From: Candidatus Bathyarchaeota archaeon
Lineage (GTDB): Archaea > Thermoproteota > Bathyarchaeia > Bathyarchaeales > Bathycorpusculaceae
NCBI GenBank assembly: GCA_963772455.1
Contig: CAVYXJ010000012.1
Location: forward strand, 64,001 to 128,000
Length of the DNA: 64,000 nucleotides
Direction: 5' to 3'
Shown here one piece after another: positions 51,777 through 61,262 of this stretch. Within the stretch, counting starts at the first letter, position 1; each line of letters opens with the position of its first letter. Below the pieces are notes generated by a model. That model was not told the origin of the DNA, made no database searches, and worked only from the letters and a program-made list of their open reading frames with translations. A program made the position numbers and the translations under genes.

Positions 51777-52793
51777 TTAGATAGGTGGCTTAGCGATTTT
51801 TTTGTTTTTTAACGTTTTAATCCACACCTTGAACTCAGCAGACGGCGGATGGTCGCGGTAAAGCTGTTTTCTCTTAGATTCCAAAAACATATTTTCCTTG
51901 CCAACATATTCAGCAGCGGTTAAAATTCTGTGCTCTGACCTTGAAGCTTTCTGGAAAACAGATTCAATTTTTTGTTTCCATCCTTCATCCCGAAGGGCAT
52001 GATGTTCCAAAATAACCAAGGGCACCTCTTGAACAACCTGTTCTAGATTCCGAAGTCCCTGCTCTATTTGCGCCATTTCCACGCGAAAACCTCCAAGATA
52101 AAGCGGTGGACCACCTATCATAATAACAGTAGGCTTGGCAGCTAAAATCAACTCCAAGGTATGCTTGGACATCGGTCCTTGAATGTCGGGAGCAAACATA
52201 AATCGTTCTTCATCGTGCTCAACTAACGTCATTATTACCCAGCCTAATGTCGAATCCTCAGTTCCATGAACTACAGCTTCAGAGAAACGCAAAGAGGTCT
52301 TTCCATAATTGAAGATTCGATTGTCTGCCATTTCCAGTACTTTGGCATGTTTGCCTCCTGTTTTCTGAAACATCCAAGCTCGTTTACGCTGATTTGCATC
52401 AATTTTTTCCTTTGAATTCTTAGCGAGAACGATTTTGTCTTGGTAGATTTGACGTGCGGTTTCACTATCTTCAGTCCAATTTACAACCCAGTCCTCGAAA
52501 GAGGGAGTGTGATGGTCGAAGTGGTAGTGGCTAATTGTTGTAATTGAGGCTTTATCGGCGGCTTCTGCAATTTTTTTTCGTAGAAAAGCGATTGTTTGGA
52601 ACTCGATTGGATGAGGTGGCAGGTTGAAGCGATACGGTGAAAGCGAGATGCCAGCATCCAAAAGTAAAGTTACATCTGGGGTTTCAACCAGAGTACACAT
52701 TGAGCGAACCCCGAAACTTTCTGAAGCCAACGGCGTAATTTGAATTGAGTTTAACAGATTCTTACGGTCGGTTTTTTCTGGTTCATGCGTCAC
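51777..52793 (-). CDS. Metallo-beta-lactamase fold protein (UPF0282-like)
   Basis: ASESFGVRSM, SHYHFDHH, DIQGP, GGPPLYL, EHHALRD. Confidence 0.85.
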   Translation of the reverse strand: MTHEPEKTDRKNLLNSIQITPLASESFGVRSMCTLVETPDVTLLLDAGISLSPYRFNLPPHPIEFQTIAFLRKKIAEAADKASITTISHYHFDHHTPSFEDWVVNWTEDSETARQIYQDKIVLAKNSKEKIDANQRKRAWMFQKTGGKHAKVLEMADNRIFNYGKTSLRFSEAVVHGTEDSTLGWVIMTLVEHDEERFMFAPDIQGPMSKHTLELILAAKPTVIMIGGPPLYLGGFRVEMAQIEQGLRNLEQVVQEVPLVILEHHALRDEGWKQKIESVFQKASRSEHRILTAAEYVGKENMFLESKRKQLYRDHPPSAEFKVWIKTLKNKKIAKPPI

Positions 52794-52922
52794 TTTGAGG
52801 AAACCTTGTTATTTTGTAATACTTAGCTGGTAAAATGGATTCCGTTGCAAGTTATTGTGTGATGACAGCCACAAACAATTAAGTTCTCAAAACAACAAGA
52901 ATAGTTTGTGTAGGCTGTTTTT

Positions 52923-53489
52923 ATGAGTCAATCAACAATTGAAAATAAGAATTTAGATATCGCAACATTAGCCGGTGGCTGTTTCTGGTGTACCGAAGCG
53001 GCATTTAGCATCATAAAGGGTGTTGAAAGAATAGAACCTGGATACACAGGCGGCAATATTGATAACCCAACATATGAGCAAGTTTCAACAGGAACAACCG
53101 GTCATGCAGAGGCTGCACAAATTTTCTTTGATCCTAAAGTGATTAGTTACCGTGAGATTTTGGAGATATTCTTCACCATGCATGACCCCACAACGCTCAA
53201 TCGCCAAGGAGCAGACATTGGAACACAATACCGCTCAGCCATCTTTTATAGCACCCCAGAACAAAGAACCACTGCAGAAAAACTAATTGAAGAATTTACC
53301 AAGGAAGAAATCTGGAACAAACCAATCGTAACAAAAGTTGAACCCCTAAAAGTGTTCTATAACGCAGAAACTTATCACAAAGATTACTTCAAAAAACACC
53401 CAAAAGAACCCTATTGCCAGGCTGTTATTGCCCCGAAAATCGCGAAGATACAAGCTCATTTTATCGATAAAATAAAGGTTCCTTTATGA
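52923..53489 (+). CDS. msrA: Peptide methionine sulfoxide reductase A
   Basis: GGCFWC, GHAE, HDPT, QYRSAIF, AETYH. Confidence 0.95.
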   Translation: MSQSTIENKNLDIATLAGGCFWCTEAAFSIIKGVERIEPGYTGGNIDNPTYEQVSTGTTGHAEAAQIFFDPKVISYREILEIFFTMHDPTTLNRQGADIGTQYRSAIFYSTPEQRTTAEKLIEEFTKEEIWNKPIVTKVEPLKVFYNAETYHKDYFKKHPKEPYCQAVIAPKIAKIQAHFIDKIKVPL

Positions 53490-54056
53490 CAACCCAAACT
53501 GGAATAAGCAGTGCAGATAAGGTTTTGAGGGCGATTGAAGCGGCTTCTGAGAAGAATTTTCTGCCAATCATAGGACCACACAAGGGCAAGTTTTTGGAGG
53601 AGGAAATTCGGAAAGCCAAACCCAAACACGTGTTAGAAGTAGGCACATTGATTGGTTACTCAACGATTCTCATGGGCAAAGAAATGGAAAAAAAATCTGA
53701 GATTATAACCATTGAAATCCACCGTGATGAAGCAGAGTTAGCAGGAAAAAACATCGTTCAAGCAAATATTCCGCCAAATGTCAAGATTGTCACAGGTGAC
53801 GCTTTAGAAGTGATTCCCACTTTGGAGGGGACAGTTTGATTTTGCATTCATCGATGCCGAGAAAAATGAATATTTCCAATACCTTAAGTTAGTTGAGGAT
53901 AAACTTCAGAGTGGCTCAGTTGTTTTTGCGGATAACGCGGGAGTTTTTGCAGATCAGATGGGTGACTACTTGGAGTATGTTCGCAACTCTGGCAAATACA
54001 GTAGCCGTTACATTCAAGTTGGCGGAGACGGAGTAGAAATAAGCATTAAAATATAG
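53486..54056 (+). CDS. Class I O-methyltransferase; +1 frameshift near 53830
   Basis: LEVGTLIGYS, GDALEVI; after the shift FDFAFIDAEK...ADN. Confidence 0.85.
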
Positions 54057-54111
54057 TCTGTCCTATTAGAGAATTGTTAAATGCATATAAAAGAGAAATT
54101 ACAATATATAC

Positions 54112-54456
54112 ATGGTGAATCTTTTGGTTTTAGCCAGAATGAGTGTTTGGCATTTTAAGGAAGGCAAAAGCGAAAAAGGTTTTTCTGAACTAGATTTGTT
54201 ACTAAATACTTTGGCACATCAAACTGAGGGTTTTCGCGGCGCCATTTCATTGCTCGATGTAGACGACCCAAACGAGGTAACAATCCTAACTTTATGGATA
54301 GATGAAGAGGCGTTACAAAAATCTGAAAAAGGTGTTTTTGCTCAAGCTATAAAAAGAGTCGAAGATTCAATTGAAAGCCCTCCAAAAATTAAGAATTACC
54401 GAGTATTTTCAACAGAACTATTTCAACGTTCACAGTGGCCGTTTCGTTGGGCTTAA
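54112..54456 (+). CDS. ABM (antibiotic biosynthesis monooxygenase-like) ferredoxin-fold protein
   Basis: WHFKEGK...EGFRG...LTLWIDEEA. Confidence 0.7.
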   Translation: MVNLLVLARMSVWHFKEGKSEKGFSELDLLLNTLAHQTEGFRGAISLLDVDDPNEVTILTLWIDEEALQKSEKGVFAQAIKRVEDSIESPPKIKNYRVFSTELFQRSQWPFRWA

Positions 54457-54574
54457 CAATTCAAGCTAAGACTGATAAAAAAAACGATTCCTGTAAAAAG
54501 GCAAATAAATCAACTTTGTAATTTTTTTTCTTTTTAACCCAAAGTTTTAATGACTGATGGGCTGTGTCTTGTTC

Positions 54575-54693
54575 TGGGTGGGCGATGACGACTCTGGCCC
54601 CGAAGACGTAAGGATGATGAGGATCTTGAGTGTGGATAAGCATTTATGATAACTTTAAAAGTTGCATAAGAAGAGCTTACAAGAGCCCACCTA
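54575..54693 (+). ncRNA. Putative box C/D-like guide sRNA
   Basis: TATA-like TTTTAA at 54545; terminal stem TGGGTGGGC/GCCCACCTA; C-like boxes ATGACGA (54585) and ATGATGA (54614); guide GGATCTTGAGT complementary to tRNA-Leu(CAA) ACUCAAGAUCC. Confidence 0.65.
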
Positions 54694-54846
54694 CTGAAAG
54701 ACCAAAAGAATAAACTCTTAGTCTTTCCAAGCAGTTTTGGGGTTAAGACTAATTGGGGCTAATTGGGAAACTCTTTTTTTGATTTAGATTTAAAAAGAAA
54801 AACAAAACAAACGTTTGGACAATTCTCTTTCTGCCTAAATGGACGG

Positions 54847-55041
54847 TCATTTTGGTATTTCCTCCTTAACCTCTATCTTAACTGTCAACGGCTTGACCTC
54901 GTAAAGCTCATATTTCTCGAAGTCCTTTGAACCGTTGTTCAGCCAATCTTCAAGGTCCTTCCGCTGCTTGAACCGGCGTAATATAGTTTCCGAATCGCTT
55001 TCCTCAATCGCTAAAAACTTTGTATCCTTGTTATCTTTCAC
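54847..55041 (-). CDS. Small hypothetical protein
   Basis: GGTGGTGA RBS upstream of GTG start; acidic, globular-looking. Confidence 0.6.
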   Translation of the reverse strand: MKDNKDTKFLAIEESDSETILRRFKQRKDLEDWLNNGSKDFEKYELYEVKPLTVKIEVKEEIPK

Positions 55042-55417
55042 CCTACTTCACCACCTTGTTTCTGAGAACACGCTCAACGCTCTACCTTCAAATATTAAAT
55101 ATTATAGGATTTAAAACTTATCTTAGCCCTTGCTCGGAGCCTCCACTTTCTGTTTGGTTTTTTTTTCAAGATCGAATTGTCTTTTTTTCCTTTAATCATG
55201 CTAATCCCTTACTCCATAATCGTTTTTCCAGTTCAACAAGGCGAGCTAGCAAGGTTTCGATTTCAAGTCTAGAAACGTTTTCCAGTTGGGCATGAGCTCT
55301 TTACTTGATTGCGTTTCATTCATTTGATTTTCAGGTGAATGCCTAAGAGCCAACCTTAAGATTGCGACTACAAGTGAAGAAATAATTAAAATTTGATTTT
55401 TGAAATAAAAAAATAAA

Positions 55418-55915
55418 TTAAGTAATTTTTTCTACAACTTTTTGTATATCTTCATAACTCGGCGCTGTATTTGAATTATTTGAAATCCATTTGTAACGCA
55501 CAACACCTTTTCCATCAAGAATGAAGATAGAACGTTTTACAATCGGGTAACAACCCGTTCCAAAGCAACATTCATTATCATCGCAAGGTGAGAATTGCAA
55601 TCCATATTTTTCAAATGCTTCGTGGTTTTTATCGCTTAGAACGGGGAATGGTAGCCTATTTTTTTCGGCAAAACGTTTACTGGTGAAGGGTGCAGTCAGA
55701 TCTATTCCAATTACTTGTGCCTTTAAATCAACCATTCGAGACATTGAATCTCGAAACTCACAAACCTCTTTAGTGCACGTCATTGTGAAGGCGCCAACAA
55801 AGAAAGCTAATACTACTTTTTTACCCAGAAAATCCTTTAGGCTTATTTGGTTCATGTGTTCATCTGGGAGAGTGAAATCCGGTGCTTGGTCTCCAACTTT
55901 TATTTCGGGTGACAT
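55418..55915 (-). CDS. Peroxiredoxin (BCP/PrxQ type)
   Basis: [33 protein letters not shown]. Confidence 0.9.
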   Translation of the reverse strand: MSPEIKVGDQAPDFTLPDEHMNQISLKDFLGKKVVLAFFVGAFTMTCTKEVCEFRDSMSRMVDLKAQVIGIDLTAPFTSKRFAEKNRLPFPVLSDKNHEAFEKYGLQFSPCDDNECCFGTGCYPIVKRSIFILDGKGVVRYKWISNNSNTAPSYEDIQKVVEKIT

Positions 55916-56041
55916 AAAAACTAGTCCTTGATTAAAAATAAGAAAGCGCTTGTATAAATGGCTAATGCATTTTACATATGAAAAGAGAAAAAAGATTTAG
56001 CTTATGGTTATTTTTTCTTTAAAATAAGACAATGAAAAAAA

Positions 56042-56620
56042 TTATTTGTCTTCTGGCTTCTTTTCCCATAGCTCTAGCTTTTGCTTCTTTAGTTCTGTGC
56101 GTTTCTTCTGTAGGTAATTGTAAACTGTGTGATGTTGGCAGCCTTCAATAACCATTTGAACAGCGTTACGTGCGGCATCTGCTTCTTCAAAACTGCCGAT
56201 AATACCTATTGTATGACCGTAAACAACTACATCGGCTTCGGTTAGTTCTTCAATAAGCTTTCGAGTTTTACCTTCGGTTCCTATTATTCGCCCTTTCACA
56301 CGTATTATATCGGATTCGGAGCGCCCAAAAATCAAACGTAAATCTATCATGTCAAAAATATCGTCTTCGTTGCGGAGTAAGCGAAAAGCTGTTTCAGGAG
56401 TGAATCCTCGCCCGATGGCGGTCACTATATCTTTTGCTCGTAGAAAAACTGATGGATCAGGTATATTTTCCGGAAGTTTTATGCAGACACTGCCTTCTTT
56501 ATCAATATCTAGCTTAACGTTTAGTTTTGTTTCTATTTCCTGTTTAACTTTACCTTCAGGACCAATTAGTATGCCCACGCGTTCTTTTGGAATCTTAACA
56601 AAAGTCTCTTGACCTGACAT
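56042..56620 (-). CDS. KH-domain rRNA-processing protein (Dim2/Pno1)
   Basis: IGPEG, AIGRGF, GRIIGTEGKTR, HHTVY. Confidence 0.92.
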   Translation of the reverse strand: MSGQETFVKIPKERVGILIGPEGKVKQEIETKLNVKLDIDKEGSVCIKLPENIPDPSVFLRAKDIVTAIGRGFTPETAFRLLRNEDDIFDMIDLRLIFGRSESDIIRVKGRIIGTEGKTRKLIEELTEADVVVYGHTIGIIGSFEEADAARNAVQMVIEGCQHHTVYNYLQKKRTELKKQKLELWEKKPEDK

Positions 56621-57405
56621 TATTTAGCAACAACCATTTTGTATAATTCTTCGTCTGAAAATACTTCAACGCCTAACCGACTAAAGAACCTATTCACGTT
56701 TGCAATATCACGTTTTATCATAAAATCTGCAAGTGGATGCTGAATTGATACAGATTGGGAAACATCAAAGACAACTGGTCGTCCTTTCCACATCATTATG
56801 TTGTATTCGCTCAAGTCACCGTGAACAATTTTGGCTTTTTGATAGAGGCGTTTCAGATATGTTACTATGATTTTGTAGACTTTTTCGGGGTTAGCTGGGT
56901 TTTGTTCTTTGAGTGAGGGTGCGCTAACGCCTTTTTTGCCAATGAACTCCATAATTACAACGTTGCTTTTAACAGCTATTGGTTTTGGAACCCGCACTTT
57001 TGCTGCGTCAGCTTCTCCTAAATTACGAAACTCTTTTTGTGCCCAAACAGCTATCAAAGAACGTGTATCGTGTTTAACATCTTTGAAGCGTGGATCACCT
57101 TCAATGTATTTGTGCATGCCACGTTTGAATTCAGCTGAAGAAGTTAAGTAAATCTTCACTGCCAAATCAACACCCTCTTTAGTTGTACCCCAATAAACCC
57201 GCGCTTCCTTTCCTGAACTCACAACACCATTGAGTTCATAGAGTTTACCACTATTCATTAAATCAAAAACAATCATGCGCGTGGCTTGGTCAAAAACCTC
57301 TTCTACTGTAGCACGTTCTTTGGATTTGTCGTGATTTAGCATTTTGTCTCTTCGTTCGATTCTTCTTTCGGTGTGAGCTATTCGCTCTTGAGTTTTTCCA
57401 GACAT
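56620..57405 (-). CDS. rio1: RIO1 protein kinase
   Basis: SSGKEARVY, WAQKEFRNL, HGDLSEYN, DVSQSV. Confidence 0.93.
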   Translation of the reverse strand: MSGKTQERIAHTERRIERRDKMLNHDKSKERATVEEVFDQATRMIVFDLMNSGKLYELNGVVSSGKEARVYWGTTKEGVDLAVKIYLTSSAEFKRGMHKYIEGDPRFKDVKHDTRSLIAVWAQKEFRNLGEADAAKVRVPKPIAVKSNVVIMEFIGKKGVSAPSLKEQNPANPEKVYKIIVTYLKRLYQKAKIVHGDLSEYNIMMWKGRPVVFDVSQSVSIQHPLADFMIKRDIANVNRFFSRLGVEVFSDEELYKMVVAK

Positions 57406-57480
57406 AATATCAACGATATTAACGGCTTTATGGTATTAAAACAAGTCGAATCAATAGAAAAAAAAGAAATGTTAAAAAAA

Positions 57481-57786
57481 TTAAAGGGTTAAAATGCCTT
57501 TACGTCTAAGGGTATCTGCTTGCGAATGCGTATAACGCCAAACAACATCGCCGCGTTCGGCCGTTTGGAAATCCCAAGGTGAAACAATTACTATGTCCCC
57601 TTCACGAATCCAAACACGACGTTTCATTTTGCCACGGATTCTGCATAAACGTTCAGCGCCATCTTGGCATTTAACAAGAATACGGTCGAAACCAAGCAAT
57701 TTAATTACTACGCCTAAAACTTCGCCTTGTCCAGGATAAACTAATTCGCCAATTGCGCCTTCGCTTAACACTTTTTTCTTTCCCAA
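57481..57786 (-). CDS. eif1a: Translation initiation factor aIF-1A
   Basis: RLCRIRGKMKRRVWIREGD..SPWDFQ. Confidence 0.95.
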   Translation of the reverse strand: MGKKKVLSEGAIGELVYPGQGEVLGVVIKLLGFDRILVKCQDGAERLCRIRGKMKRRVWIREGDIVIVSPWDFQTAERGDVVWRYTHSQADTLRRKGILTL

Positions 57787-57962
57787 ACACTAAACCTCAT
57801 TTTCGACTTGAAAAAAATATGTACAGGTTGCTTAAAAGCCTGTTCATCGAACAAGAAAACTTCAACACACAAAAAAAACAAAATGTTGCATCGCCACAAA
57901 TTTCTTGTGATGTAAGTTTAAATCTCTACTCTAAATATTACTCAATATTGGAGCATCACCAA

Positions 57963-58775
57963 GTGTCCTATATCTTTAACATACCTTACCGCAGCAATCC
58001 AAAACTTAAAGCAGTAATGGAAAAAGTAAAAGATGACAAAAAACTAAAAACATACTGGCGATGCGCCAATGTTATGGCGATAGAACGAATGGGCTACACA
58101 GACCATGGACCTACCCACGTTAAAATCGTTGCCAATCTCTCACTCAAACTTCTGCGAATTCTGGTCGAAAAAAAATTCATAGTACCAAGCATAGTGGAAA
58201 ATTATGATATGAAAAACGAAGACGCCGAAGTTGTAGTGGTTTTAGGTTCAATTTTCCATGATCTAGGTATGATAGTCCAGAGAAATAACCATGAAAAATA
58301 CAGCGCATTCCTCGCTTTAGAATTCTTCGAGAAATTCCTAACGCCGACTTACAGTGAAGAAGAAAAAGCGATTATCACCTCAGAAGTCCTTCACGCTATA
58401 GTTACGCATGAAGAGCCTACGAATCACGAACCAACATGCAAAATTTTAACCAAAGAAGCCGGTATCGTAGGAATCGCAGACGCCTTAGACATGGAATCAG
58501 GAAGAGCACGAATTCCTTTCCAATCTGGAAAAGTAGACATTCATGCTGTTTCCGCTTTATCAATAGAAAAAGTTGACATTGAACTTGCAGAAGGCGGCGT
58601 TGGAGTTAAACCTATCAACATAAAAATTAAAATGTCAAATTCCGCTGGTGTTTTCCAAATCGATGAGCTTTTAAAACCAAGGATCGTTAACTCTGGACTT
58701 GAACAGTTTTTCCATGTTATAGCGGAAATTACAGGTGAAAAAGAAAACAAAATAATTGATAAATTCGAAATATAA
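57963..58775 (+). CDS. HD-domain phosphohydrolase
   Basis: DHGPTH, FHDLG, ADALD; start re-assigned to GTG 57963 after GGAG. Confidence 0.85.
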   Translation: MSYIFNIPYRSNPKLKAVMEKVKDDKKLKTYWRCANVMAIERMGYTDHGPTHVKIVANLSLKLLRILVEKKFIVPSIVENYDMKNEDAEVVVVLGSIFHDLGMIVQRNNHEKYSAFLALEFFEKFLTPTYSEEEKAIITSEVLHAIVTHEEPTNHEPTCKILTKEAGIVGIADALDMESGRARIPFQSGKVDIHAVSALSIEKVDIELAEGGVGVKPINIKIKMSNSAGVFQIDELLKPRIVNSGLEQFFHVIAEITGEKENKIIDKFEI

Positions 58776-58798
58776 GTCACTTATTTTGAGGGCAGTAC

Positions 58799-60524
58799 AT
58801 GATTCATGAATATGATGTTATAGTTATCGGAGGCGGAATTGCTGGGTTATACGCTGCATTGACTGCCTGCAGAAAGCGTCAAAGTCGCTGTGATCAGCAA
58901 AGTGCACGTGACACGTTCACATTCTGTTGCCGCCCAAGGCGGTATCGCTGCATGCCTTGGAAACGAGGAAGAAGATCATTGGGAATGGCATATGTACGAC
59001 ACTGTTAAAGGCAGCGACTACCTCGCCGACCAGAACGCAGTGGAGGTTTTAGCCAAAGAAGCCCCCAACGCTATCTACCAACTCGAACATATGGGAGTTC
59101 CATTCAGCAGAAATGAACAAGGAAAAATTGAACAACGACGATTCGGAGGACATACTAGAAACTTTGGCCAAGCACCAATCAAACGTGCCTGTTACTCCTC
59201 AGACCGCACTGGACGAGCAATCATGGACACACTCTACGATCGCTGTCTTCAAAAGGGAGTTAAATTTCATAATGAAATATTCATTCAACATTTGCTTTTC
59301 GCATTAAACAACTGCTGCGGAGCCACTGGATACGACTTAGCCACAAGCACACCTCAGGTTTTTCATTCGAAAGCTGTAGTTTTGGCAACCGGCGGAAGCG
59401 GCAAAATTTACAAAACCTCAAGCAACGGTTTTGCCTCAACGGGCGATGGGTTCGCTTTGGCACTTGATGCGCTTTTACCTTTAGAGGATATGGAGTTTGT
59501 CCAATTTCACCCAACAGGCATTTACGGTCTTGGAATTCTTATAAGCGAAGCTGCAAGAGCTGAAGGCGGCGTTTTGCGAAACGGTTTAGGCGAACGCTTT
59601 ATGGAACGTTATGCTCCTACTTTGAAAGATTTAGCGCCAAGAGATATTGTTTCAAGGGCAATCCTTAAAGAAATAAGCGAGGGAAGGGGTGTTGACGGCA
59701 AAGATCACGTTTACTTGGATCTGCGCGAGATTGGAAAGGAACGTTTGAACCAAAAACTCCCTGAAATCACCTCATTTATTAAAACTTACCTTGGAATTGA
59801 TCCAAACGAAAAGCAAATTCCTGTTGCTCCGACTTGCCACTATATTATGGGGGGTATCCCAACAGACATTGATGGACATGTCTTAGCAGATAAGGCGGGT
59901 AGCATTTTGCCCGGATTGTATGCAGCGGGAGAATGTGCTTGCGTTAGCGTTCACGGAGCTAACCGTCTTGGCTGCAACTCCCTAATTGACCTCGTTGTAT
60001 TTGGGAAAAGAACTGGATTAAGCATTTTAAAAGACATTAAAGTTCGAATTATTCAACCAATTCCATTACAAGCCGAAAAAGTTGTTGAGGAAAAAATCAA
60101 CAGTTTAATAGAATCCAAAGGTGGAGAATGCATCGCTATCTTAAGGGAAAACATGCAGCAGTTGATGACCGAACAATGTAGCGTCTATAGGAACGGACAA
60201 ACCCTTGAACTAACGCTATCAATGATTCGTCAATTAAAGAAACGCTTCCTAAATGTATGTTTAACTAACAAATCTAGAGTTTTTAATTACGAGTTGCAGG
60301 AAGCATTGGAACTAAATAATATGCTACGGATCGCAGAGGTTATCGTTTTTTCAGCACTTCAACGCAAGGAGAGCCGTGGAGCACACTTTCGAAGTGATTA
60401 CCCAGAACGAAACGATGAGGAATGGCTCAAACACACATTCGTAAACGAGTCACTTACTGGTTTGAAGGAAAGTTACAAACCTCTTGCTACAGGCAGGTTT
60501 GCGCTCGAACAAAGGAGGTACTAA
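58799..60524 (+). CDS. sdhA: Succinate dehydrogenase/fumarate reductase flavoprotein; +1 frameshift near 58868
   Basis: GGGIAG, RSHSVAAQGG (covalent-FAD His), QFHPTG, HGANRLG, ESRGAH. Confidence 0.92.
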
Positions 60525-60525
60525 C

Positions 60526-61242
60526 TTGAATGTAACTTTGAAAGTTTATCGGTTCAACCCAGAAATCGACAAAGAACCGCACTTTGATTCCTTTACGGTT
60601 GAATCTGAACCCAACGAGCGAATACTCGATTGTCTAAATAAAATAAGGTGGTCAAAGGACAGCACTCTTGCGTTTCGAATGTCATGTGCACATGGAATCT
60701 GCGGTTCTGACGGTTTAACAATTAACCACCAATCTGCTTTGGCATGCCAGAAACTTGTCAAAGATTACGATTATACAAAAGAGATTGTGATTGAACCTCT
60801 CAAATATTTTAAAGTTGTCAAGGATTTAATTGTTGATTTGAATCCTTTTTTTGAAAATATCAAATCGATAAACCCTAAAGAAGTCTTAAATCCAACTATA
60901 GTTGAGCTAGAAAAGGAAAGAATCCAAACCATTGAAGAACGCAGTCGATTTGACGATGCCTTAAAATGTATTTTGTGCGGTTGTTGCTATGGGTCATGTC
61001 CAGTCTTAACCGAGCAAGACCAAGAGTTCATTGGACCTGCCGCTATACTAAGAGAGCAACGCTATGTATTTGATTCAAGAATAAAAGCAGTGAACGAACG
61101 TCTGCAAATTCTTAAGAAACCTCATGGCATATGGGGTTGTAAAAGCTATTACATGTGTACAGTTGTTTGTCCAAAGAACATTAAAGTCACTGAAGCAATA
61201 CTTAGAACTAAAAAGAAAATAATTAATGAATCATCAAAGTAG
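60526..61242 (+). CDS. sdhB: Succinate dehydrogenase/fumarate reductase Fe-S subunit
   Basis: SCAHGICGSD...LAC, CILCGCCYGSCP, CKSYYMCTVVCP. Confidence 0.92.
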   Translation: MNVTLKVYRFNPEIDKEPHFDSFTVESEPNERILDCLNKIRWSKDSTLAFRMSCAHGICGSDGLTINHQSALACQKLVKDYDYTKEIVIEPLKYFKVVKDLIVDLNPFFENIKSINPKEVLNPTIVELEKERIQTIEERSRFDDALKCILCGCCYGSCPVLTEQDQEFIGPAAILREQRYVFDSRIKAVNERLQILKKPHGIWGCKSYYMCTVVCPKNIKVTEAILRTKKKIINESSK

Positions 61243-61262
61243 GGTAACAGGAGAGAAGACAG

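Noticed and set aside
54461-54643. 60-aa minus-strand ORF
   Set aside because: Antisense to the putative sRNA, with low-complexity Lys/Phe translation
57753-57962. N-terminal extension of the HD protein
   Set aside because: Overlaps aIF-1A and divergent promoter DNA; GTG 57963 is a better start
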